This document shows positions 1 to 9,725 of a stretch of DNA of 64,000 nucleotides, in pieces. The position numbers and the translations under genes are program-made. The stretch spans positions 124,001-188,000 of the forward strand of contig OZ025785.1 in assembly GCA_964019425.1 (NCBI GenBank). The letters run 5' to 3'. The stretch is from Flectonema sp. DT1601. Taxonomy: Eukaryota. How positions within the stretch are numbered: the stretch's first letter is position 1; the number at the start of each line of letters is the position of its first letter. The notes beneath the pieces were generated by a model, which saw only the letters and a program-made list of their open reading frames with translations, searched no databases and was not told the DNA's origin.

Positions 1-3000
1 TGCTGCTTGAACCAGAGAGTATCCGTTCGCAGTGGTTTTCGTAGGTGTCCCAAGTGATCTTTCCACCTATACGAAGCTCCTCAAAAAGACGACGAAATCC
101 CTCGTAATCACGTTTACAGAGATAATCTGAATAACACATGCAGTGAATAGTGTTTCCAAGAATAGCAAGCACTGCAGCAGCTATGGCTATAACAATAGAC
201 TTCCCTTCACCAGTTAAGATTTCTAGGAAATGGTGTTTTAAGTTATCAATATTATACTCATGTGAGAGGTATGTTTCCGGATCAGATGTTTTGATATCAA
301 GCGCCAGCATTCTGAAAACTGCGAGAACTTGAAGGACGTTGGGAGTGACAATAGCTGATTCTCTTCCACTTCCTTCAAGTACGGCTGTGTCTGTTGATCG
401 AATAGACCATAAGGTGAATAGAGAAGTACATAGTTCCAGTACATCTCCATTTGTTACTTTAATCTCATAGTCTTGCATTTTTTTCACAAAATCTTTCAGA
501 TCATCAACCCTTCCGCTTTTCACTCTTTGTTTCCAATTAACCTCAAATATTGTGTACATTGTTTTGAGACGTTGCTTATTAACAGGGGAATTCTTTGTGT
601 CTTCGAATAACAAATTTAGTGCCTTTTCAATCGTCATGTGCTTCGTTTTATTATTTCGATCCTGAGTGAGAACTGCTTGGAAGACACTTCCATGGTCATT
701 TTGTAATCCCTTAACATAGCTGGCTAAAGTATCATCTGTGTTGATATCAGTAAGGTAGTCCCTTACCATTGATAAACTAGAGAGTGTAGATGTTGTTGAC
801 GATTCTGTTGATTGACGTAGTTCTGAGAACACGCCTGCAATGCTCTCCGTAACTGATATCTGATCTCCAAGCACTTGTAGTGTCAACAATCTGAGTGCAA
901 GTGTCTTAGCAGCACTCTCCCTTTCTTTACATTTATCAAACGTTTTTACCCATTTAGTAGTTTGTTCCACAATCTTATCGGATAAGGTTTTCAGACATTC
1001 TCGTTTACTATCTGCGATGATTGTTTTCATCCTGATATCTATTTGAACATCGCTAGGCACGGCGTCATCATAGAATTTCAATAATGTACCGAGGGGTGCA
1101 AAAGTGGAGATCAGTTTTTTTTGATTTTCCTCATCTCCTACCACTACATGGTTCACTGAAACCTCGTTAACAATCCTAGTGATGACTTGATTTGTTGTGT
1201 CTTTCAATTCCTTAAAATAAGATTCGATGGCTGATGTCGCTGATGTCTTCCTCGTGAGTGTGTCGTTGTTGGAATCGACTAAGCAACGAATGCTGGTCAG
1301 AGAATTCCACACATCAATATAATACTCGTGTCCTCCCTTGTTAGTTTCTGTCCACCTTTTCTTGATTTCCAGAAGAGCAGAGTCTATACCGTCACCAAGT
1401 CCCTTGACGGTTTCCTGAAGTTGCTGTGTGGCATTGCTATGTGGAAGCCACGCAAAATCGCTCATTCTGTCGCGTAGACGACTACCATAAAACACTTTAA
1501 TAGATTTATCATTATTCTGAATGGCTTTAATTGATTCTAATAATGTTTTATCCGGAAGCTTTTGACACGCGGTCACGCAGGCTTCGTTCAACTTCTTAAA
1601 TTTCAACAAAGCTGTATCTAACTCCTCTTCTACTCTTGACACCGTATCCAGCCCCCCAGACAATAAGATATCTTTTAAAAACGGAATAAGTTCATGGACA
1701 GCATTGCAATCAGACTCGGAAATATCAGATAACCCCTCGTTATAAGATCGTAACTTGTCGGACAGATCCCCGGAATGTTTTTTAAAATGTTCATCCGCAC
1801 TCGTTACCCAGCTGCTTATGGTATTTTTAACTTTCTCTTGCTGTTCTTTGGGGGCATCAAAGCCCTCGACAACGGGCATAAAATCGTTCCAAGATTTCTT
1901 AAAACTGACTAAGGCAGAAACACTGCTGGATGGGTGTTTCCAATTTTTTACAAACAGTTCCGCACTATTCTCAAGTGGAGGTAATATTTCACTGAGGTAC
2001 TGTTTGAGTACTTCATCAGTGAAAGCAATCTCTGCGGGTTCGCTACTACTTCCCAATTTGTGTTCTGAATATTTTTCTAAGAAACTTTTTACCTTTTCCC
2101 CTCGCTCCGATTCAAGTTTGGTCACTTCTTCAAACAAAGAGTTAAAATCCCACCCGAGTGAAATACTAAAGTCTTTATATGTGGTCAAAATTTTAACCTT
2201 TTCGGTTGTTATCCTTTTTGTCTTGTGAGATTCCACACGGGATTTTATGGAATTTTTCAAAGTTTCATTCAAGTTTTCGATCCTATCTCGAACTTCAACT
2301 TTATGAAACTTGCTACTCTGTATATCATCAACCATCTTCTCAATGTTCTCAATCTGTCTGTACAGCTCTATAACACCTGTGGGAAGTTGTTTGGTCACAT
2401 CTTCAATGTTAGTTAAAAACATATTTTCCAGCTTTTCAACACACGAAATACTGTGTGCTAACAATTTCTTATAAAGTTCCGAGTTGTGTGATTCTGAGGG
2501 AACGCAATTCAAAATTCCTTCAAGTACAGATAAGTCTGCAGGATACGTATCGGGCACTTCCTCCAGATAAGTAGGTTCAGATAAAATGTTGGAACTTACG
2601 TATGTAAAACTATCGTCACATAATTGCTTTAGTAAGTCGGGTGCGTTACTGATCTTTGTGAGATTACACAATTGTTGGATTAGGTTGTGTAAGTTATCTA
2701 TGTTGCGATTCTTTTTTATGTCTTCCAACTGCTTCCTGCATTCACTTGCTGCACAGATGACGTCGTTATTCATTGTAGTTGTAGCATTCACCAGTAACCC
2801 CTTGGCCATCTCAATGAATTCCTTTAAGTTTTCTTCCGACACAGAAGGTAGATCCCAGTTTTCAGGATTGCAGGATTCACAATCGTAATTCTCCATCGCT
2901 TCTTTAATTCTCAAATTGAGTTTTCGTTCCAAATGAGGACGTATGATATCTATGTATTGGGATAGGGTCGGGTCAGTAACAGCTTTTCCAAAACTTTTAT

Positions 3001-3091
3001 AATTTATTTCACTGCTGATAAACAACTGAACCGCCTGGTTACGTTTGCCATCTTCTTGCACTTGTATGTCACTATCACAATCAATACTCAT
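1..3091 (-). CDS. Large protein (>1030 aa, 3' end outside window): long helical N-terminus followed by SecA DEAD-like SF2 ATPase domain
   Basis: Not in the ORF track (no stop inside window). Manual translation from ATG 3091 (MSIDCDSDIQVQ...) appears open to base 1; near aa 960 reads FLEILTGEGKSIVIAIAAAVLAILGNTIHCMCYSDYLCKRDYEGFRRLF, matching SecA motifs MxTGEGKT...VHVVTVNDYLAxRD. Pyrimidine tract + CAG acceptor at ~3125-3145, in frame 33 nt upstream of the ATG. Confidence 0.8.
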   Translation of the reverse strand, partial: MSIDCDSDIQVQEDGKRNQAVQLFISSEINYKSFGKAVTDPTLSQYIDIIRPHLERKLNLRIKEAMENYDCESCNPENWDLPSVSEENLKEFIEMAKGLLVNATTTMNNDVICAASECRKQLEDIKKNRNIDNLHNLIQQLCNLTKISNAPDLLKQLCDDSFTYVSSNILSEPTYLEEVPDTYPADLSVLEGILNCVPSESHNSELYKKLLAHSISCVEKLENMFLTNIEDVTKQLPTGVIELYRQIENIEKMVDDIQSSKFHKVEVRDRIENLNETLKNSIKSRVESHKTKRITTEKVKILTTYKDFSISLGWDFNSLFEEVTKLESERGEKVKSFLEKYSEHKLGSSSEPAEIAFTDEVLKQYLSEILPPLENSAELFVKNWKHPSSSVSALVSFKKSWNDFMPVVEGFDAPKEQQEKVKNTISSWVTSADEHFKKHSGDLSDKLRSYNEGLSDISESDCNAVHELIPFLKDILLSGGLDTVSRVEEELDTALLKFKKLNEACVTACQKLPDKTLLESIKAIQNNDKSIKVFYGSRLRDRMSDFAWLPHSNATQQLQETVKGLGDGIDSALLEIKKRWTETNKGGHEYYIDVWNSLTSIRCLVDSNNDTLTRKTSATSAIESYFKELKDTTNQVITRIVNEVSVNHVVVGDEENQKKLISTFAPLGTLLKFYDDAVPSDVQIDIRMKTIIADSKRECLKTLSDKIVEQTTKWVKTFDKCKERESAAKTLALRLLTLQVLGDQISVTESIAGVFSELRQSTESSTTSTLSSLSMVRDYLTDINTDDTLASYVKGLQNDHGSVFQAVLTQDRNNKTKHMTIEKALNLLFEDTKNSPVNKQRLKTMYTIFEVNWKQRVKSGRVDDLKDFVKKMQDYEIKVTNGDVLELCTSLFTLWSIRSTDTAVLEGSGRESAIVTPNVLQVLAVFRMLALDIKTSDPETYLSHEYNIDNLKHHFLEILTGEGKSIVIAIAAAVLAILGNTIHCMCYSDYLCKRDYEGFRRLFEELRIGGKITWDTYENHCERILSGSSS

Positions 3092-3666
3092 GATATTATC
3101 TTGGTTACTGTTGGACGCTGTTAACTGATGAAGAGAGAGAGAAATTTATCGACTAACAAATATTTCGATCACGTTGTTTTGTAAGAAGTGTTGCTTATCT
3201 CTCTTCACGCCTGCTCATTTTTTTGTTTTTGTCACGAAAATAAAAAGTGATTCACAGTCACATTAAAGTATAACATTCCTTTGCATTTCTTAGGAGGTTA
3301 GGGTCGTGGCTTTTCCGATTCCAGCGACAAACGGGCTACGGCTCGTGACCCTTCGTTTGGAGACACCAGTCAGGTGGGGAGTTTGGCTGGAGAATGTCAA
3401 TCGATTTTCTTTTTTCCCTTCTTTTTGAACTTCGGAAGATTGTTTTTTTTTTTTTTTTTTTTTTCAATCATTTCCTTTTGTTCTTTTTTTTTTTTTCCAT
3501 CACACAAAAAAAAAACGGGGAAAGGTGGGGGACCATTGGCGGTAAGGAATATCAGGTGGTAACATCTATTCTTAAACTTCATTCCTTCAAACTATTAATA
3601 GTGATAAACACCAAAGAGATAAACACCCCATTTCATCTAAGAAGGCTTGGGTAAATAGAGGTTTTA

Positions 3667-4505
3667 CCAAAATAAAATATTGAATTCTTTCTTAACAACA
3701 TCACTGCACCTTTCCAACCCCTTAACATGTTACTTAGTTAGTTTTGTATCCAATAAGAAGAATCTTCTCATTTTAGTCACTTTCTGAAAACCGGAAACAT
3801 CGATGGAAGTGAGGGAGTCACAGTAACTAATAAAGTGATCGCCAACACTCGTAACTTCACTCAAGGAAGACAAATCCACGCTAGTCAGACACTTTGAAGT
3901 ACTCAAGAATCCATTTGCTATTGTAGTCAGCTTCTTCAAACCGCAAACATCGATGGAGGTGAGGGACTCCAAGTGACTAATAAAGAAATCGCCAACACTC
4001 GTAACTTCACTCAAGGAAGACAAATCCACGCTAGTAAGAGACTTTGAATTATACAAGAATCCACTTGCTATTTTAGTCAGTTTCTGAAAACCGGAAACAT
4101 CGATGGAAGTGAGGGAGTCACAGTAACTAATAAAGTGATCGCCAACACTCGTAACTTCACTCAAGGAAGACAAATCCACGCTAGTAAGAGACTTTGAATT
4201 ATACAAGAATCCACTTGCTATTTTAGTCAGTTTCTGAAAACCGGAAACATCGATGGAGGTGAGGGACTCACAGCTATTAATAAAGTCATCGTCAATGCTG
4301 GTTACTTTACTCAGACAGGATAAATTAACGTGAGTCAGAGACTTCAGGTTGTTCAAGAACTTGCTGGGGATGATCGTCACATTCTGAAAAGAAGTGAAAT
4401 CGATTGACGTCAGCGAGTCACAACTCTCTGACAGGAACTCTTGCTCAAAAGCAGTGCAACGGCTGCAGTTGGTGAATGACAACCGACGGATGCAAGACGG
4501 AAGCA
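3667..4505 (-). pseudogene. LRR paralog 4: 5'-deleted, premature stop, 3 internal 150-bp modules
   Basis: Homology to the other copies jumps at ~4505-4511 from LPSCIRR straight to the 5' flank, removing the ATG and ~270 codons; TAA at 3730-3732 where copy 3 has AAA, with homologous tail HVKGLERCSDVVKK continuing beyond it. Confidence 0.85.
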
Positions 4506-4510
4506 CGACG

Positions 4511-5310
4511 AAGGATACGTAACTTCAATTCAAGAACGTAATTCACATGATAACTGACACCAGAGAACAATCATCGCTACTCACTATGACTGCGGAATTA
4601 ATTAATTTAAATACTTGTATTGCGTGTACTTCATGGAGGGGTGAAACTTTCACAATGTAAAAACAATAACAACTTTAGGTATTAATACAAAAACTAATAT
4701 CAAAGTATTCGACTGAATAGTTGTTAATAAAAGAAAAAGTTCGTTGTCTCATTGACTAGAAGACGTTGTCGAATCTGGTAATTCAGGGACCACGTACTAT
4801 CAGGTTGAGAGTCCAATCCGTTACAACTTACACTTAAATAAAATAAAAAGAACAAAACAGTTCGTATTACAGGACTAGTTAGTAGTACACTGCTAGCGGC
4901 GTACTCTTGCGTGGAGGGAGTTAATTGATTTCGAGTGAGCTCATATTGCGAAAACAAAAAGTTATAAAAACACAATTGTTCTGCTGTTCCATAAGCCACT
5001 TGCGGAATACGTAGTTTCAGGAGCCTTAATCTTATACTACTTGTCCCTCTTAGGTCTTCATCAGTAAGTTCTGACGGACTTCACTCCAGTTCTTCAGAAT
5101 CAGACATTGACAAATATGATTTCGCCAAGACGGGCTGGTATTTACTTGGTTTTGATCAGCTGAGTTCCATATAATATAAAAACAATAACAACTTTAGGTA
5201 TTAAAACAAAAAGAATCGGCACCTCACTAAATAATTCTCACACTTTGTTTTTCTTTGTGCGCAACCGGACCCCTTAATATTTAAACACTTCCCTAATTTC
5301 TTTTAGGAAC
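4511..5310. repeat. Duplicated spacer of the LRR tandem array (homologous to 8681-9210 and 12929-13215)
   Basis: Near-identical text e.g. aaggatacgtaacttcaattcaagaacgtaattcacatgataactgacacc in all three spacers. Confidence 0.9.
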
Positions 5311-5528
5311 GCACGTCAACACCGCAACGGACCTCCACCAGAGTTTCCCCGGCTTCGTCCTATCCAGGCATAGTTCACCATCTTTCGGGTCCCAATAAGT
5401 GTACTTTACCTCAAATCCTTTTCCAATAAATCGGGATCGGGCTGTGCTACACCCCCAGGGGTTGGCACATAAAGACCCTTTCAGTGCGGCTAATGGGTTT
5501 GACTCCCTAAACCTTGCACACGTGTTAG
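5311..5528 (-). pseudogene. LSU (28S-type) rRNA fragment, ~220 nt
   Basis: Minus strand reads GGACCCGAAAGATGGTGAACTATGCCTGGATAGGACGAAGCCGGGAAACTCTGGTGGAGGTCC...TGACGTGC, a conserved eukaryotic LSU segment; flanks are not rRNA. Confidence 0.9.
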
Positions 5529-6256
5529 CATATAAGATAGTAAGTCATATAATCCAACGTTACTGTATATTATGAGTGCTCTAGGGAGGGTAACTCACAG
5601 TAACAGAGGACCCAATCCGTAGCCATATCCGAAGACTTGACATGGATTGTTGAAGTAGCATCGACTGAAAGATTAATAAATACCAATCTCCAGCTTTCCG
5701 CCTCGCAGCAGCTTATTAAACTATCGAACTAAAATTAAACAAAACAAAAATAAAAATAAAAATAAAAATCAACAAAATTAAAACATGATAAAACAATTAC
5801 ACTGATAAACTACTAAAGCACTCGGAGAGCATTAAATAATAACGCTAGGTTGGCAGCAGCCCTTATTTTTTGAATATATATGGCAAATTAAAATAAGATT
5901 GTAAAAACAAAAATAACAATCAACAGAAAACATTTTAGTATCCGTTAATGCAGAGAATGACTAAAGTTATCAGTTATACTCCTCCCAGCCATATGTTAGT
6001 TCGGAGGAGTATTCAGATAAAATACACCTTACAGTGAAAGTGGTTACGAAGAACTGAAATACCTATAAGAGACTACTTCTTAGAAGCCGCTAGGTAACCT
6101 CTACTGGTAGACACTAAGCGAGTTACCGAAGCTAGAATATGAGATTATTATAAAATAGTTCACTACATTGAAAAAAAAAAGAGAAAAAACCACAACTGTT
6201 TCGGATGTTCCATTTTACACTAGCGCTCGTCGTTGTTAACACTTTAGTTGAAGTTA

Positions 6257-8637
6257 TTATTTAGGAAATACTTTTTTAACAACAGCACTGCAACCTTCCA
6301 ATCCCTTAACACTTTTCTTAGTTAGTTTTGTATCCATTAAGAATCCATATCCTATTTCAGTCACTTTCTTCAAACCGGAAACATCGATGTAGGTGAGTGA
6401 CTCACAGTGACTAATAAAGTGATCGCCAATACTCGTTACTTCACTCAAGGAAGACAAATCCACGCTAGTCAGAGACTTTGAATTATTCAAGAATCCATTT
6501 CCTATTTCAGTCAGCTTCTTCAAACCGGAAACATCGATGGAGGTGAGGGACTCACAGTAACCAATAAAGTGATCGCCAATACTCGTAACTTCACTCAAGG
6601 AAGACAAATCCACGCTAGTCAGAGACTTTGAATTATGCAAGAATCCACGTCCTATTTCAGTCAGCTTCTTCAAACCGGAAACATCGATGGAGGTGAGGGA
6701 CTCACAGTGACTAATAAAGTGATCGCCAATACTTGTTACTTCACTCAAGGAAGACAAATCCACGCTAGTCAGAGACTCTGAACTATACAAGAATCCACGT
6801 CCTATTTCAGTCAGCTTCTTCAAACCGGAAACATCGATGGAGGTGAGTGACTCACAGTTACTAATAAAGTCATCGCCAACACTCGTAACTTCACTCAAGG
6901 AAGACAAATCCACGCTAGTCAGAGACTCTGAACTATACAAGAATCCACGTCCTATTTCAGTCAGCTTCTTCAAACCGGAAACATCGATGGAGGTGAGTGA
7001 CTCACAGTTACTAATAAAGTCATCGCCAATACTCGTTACTTCACTCAAGGAAGACAAATCCACGCTAGTCAGAGACTTTGAATTATTCAAGAATCCATCT
7101 CCTATTTCAGTCAGCTTCTTCAAACCGGAAACATCGATGGAGGTGAGAGACTCACAGTTATTAATAAAGTGATCGCCAACACTCGTAACTTCACTCAAGG
7201 AAGACACATCCACGCTAGTCAGAGACTTTGAATTACGCAAGAATCCATTTCCTATTTCAGTCAGCTTCCTCAAACCGGAAACATCGATGGAGGTGAGGGA
7301 CTCACAGTAACCAATAAAGTGATCGCCAATACTCGTAACTTCACTCAAGGAAGACAAATCCACGCTAGTCAGACACTTTGAATTATGCAAGAATCCACGT
7401 CCTATTTCAGTCAGCTTCTTCAAACCTGACACATCGATGGAGGTGAGAGACTTACAGTTATTAATAAAGTGATCGCCAACACTCGTAACTTCACTCAAGG
7501 AAGACACATCCACGCTAGTCAGACACTTTGAGTATCGCAAGAATCCACTTCCTATTGCAGTCAGCTTCTGAAAACCGGAAACATCGATGGAGGTGAGGGA
7601 CTCACAGCTATTAATAAAGTCATCGTCAATGCTGGTTACTTCACTCAGACAGGATAAATTAACGTGAGTCAGAGACTTCAGGTTGTTCAAGAACTTGCTG
7701 GGGATGGCCGTCACATTCTGAAAGTAGTGAAATCGATTGACGTCAGCGAGTCACAACTGTCTGACAGGAACTCTTGCTCAAAAGCAGTGCAACGGCTGCA
7801 GTTGGTGAATGACAACCGACGGATGCAAGACGGAAGCATCTTAACACAATCACTAGAAAGGGTGCCTTCATCGTCGATATATTCTGAGGCATCGAAGACA
7901 CACAACATGTCGGGATTTTGTGCGAACAAAATGTCAATTCGAGTACGAAGATGTGAAGTTCTCAACTCCTCCGCAGTCACAACACGTTCAGGCCATTTGT
8001 ATGTTCTTTTCACAGTACCCCAGTTGTTCGAATCTTCCAGCTCACGGAGGATCTCGGCACCCCATGAGGTGTTGTCAAATCGGGATTTGACTTCTTCCTT
8101 CGACGAGTGGGAGAGTCTCGGCCAGTCCAGCAGCAAGAAGAGTTCCTTCCTGAGTTGGGCTGAGACACCATCCTCTGTTTCACCCATGCCCAAGTAACCA
8201 ATTCGAACTGTCTCGAAATACTCATCCTCGTTCAGCAGCCGAGGGAAGCAGGTGGACGAGAATACATTCCTCAGGTCATCTTCGACCAACTCCAACTTCC
8301 CGTCCCCCTTGAGATCAGCTTTAACAAACCCGATATCGGCACACTTCATGTCAGGATGCAAGGAAAGGGTTCCCAATAATCGCGAGCTTCCTTCCACCAG
8401 CTTCGTCGACTCCTTCTCCCTCGCCACCCGGTGTACTTCCTTGTACGTCGTCAATTCAGTCGCAGCCTCAGCATCCGTCATTCCAACCATGATCTCCTCC
8501 GACGATCTGAGAACTTCTGAAAAGCTGTCCATCAGCGCCCCCGACTCCTCCTTCCGACTCACTACTTCTACGAGCAGCTTCGCCATGAACCTCTGATGGC
8601 TCCTCAAAACAGAGGACAGGGAATCGACAGTTGCCAT
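6257..8637 (-). pseudogene. LRR paralog 3 (8 internal modules), split by a 1-nt deletion at ~7721-7723
   Basis: ORFs 7711..8637 and 6257..7714 join into one ~793-aa protein if one base is restored (ctgaaagtag here vs ctgaaaagaag in copy 4). Real frameshift or homopolymer sequencing error. Confidence 0.85.
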
Positions 8638-9725
8638 TATTTTTAAACTGGATGAGTTTCTAGTGATGAAGAATTAATTCAAAGGATGCGTAACTTCAAT
8701 TCAAGAACGTAATTCACATGATAACTGACACCAGAGAACAATCATCGCTACTCACTATGACTGCGGAATTAATTAATTTAAATACTTGTATTGCGTGTAC
8801 TTCATGGAGGGGTGAAACTTTCACAATGTAAAAACAATAACAACTTTAGGTATTAATACAAAAACTAATATCAAAGTATTCGACTGAATAGTTGTTAATA
8901 AAAGAAAAAGTTCGTTGTCTCATTGACCAGAAGACGTTGTCGAATCTGGTAATTCAGGGACCACGTACTATCAGGTTGAGAGTCCAATCTGTTACAACTT
9001 ACACTTAAATAAAATAAAAAGAACAAAACAGTTCGTATTACAGGACTAGTTAGTAGTACACTGCTTTAATGTAAATACAATAAAAACTTTAGGTATTAAT
9101 ACAAAAAGAATCGGCAGCTCATTAAATAATTCTCACACTTTGTTTTTTCTTTGTGCGCAACCGGACCCCTTAATATGTAAACACTTCTCTAATTTCTTTT
9201 AGGAACGCACGAATTTCACTCTACCCTAGATATTTAAACACTACCCCAGTTCTTTCTTTTTTTTCATGACCTTAAATTACATATTTGTGTTCAACCTTCC
9301 AAGCACGTCTCGAAGGTTCGTCAGCAGGATTCTCCTTCGACGATCCATTCGAATGTGAGATTTCGGAGAGTCACACGACAACAGGTCGGGTTACACCCGA
9401 CTTGTTCCTGCAAATAGCTGAAATCAATTCCGTTTAAATAAATATGGTCTGCAACAAAATAATGGATTGAAAGGTTACTACTTTAGTACTGACGTCATTA
9501 TTGATCTTCGGAATTGAATCTTAACGTCTTCTGATGTTGTCCAAGTTCAATTTATGTTATTTATCACCAACACTGAACACCAACAGAAGGGATTCAAATG
9601 TTTTATTAAAACTGACTGCTCTGAATTTCATTACAAACATCAGCCGTCTTCCTTAAGAAGAGGAAGTAAAAAGATATCAACGCCCCAGTCAAGGAATATA
9701 ATTACTTACTAATGGCTCAAGGTAA

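Noticed and set aside
3295..3305. TTAGGG telomeric motif
   Set aside because: Single unit, no array.
5530..5620. Possible mitochondrial (nad1-like WxTLPR) fragment beside the rRNA piece
   Set aside because: Similarity limited to a few residues and needs TGA=Trp; not supportable without a search.
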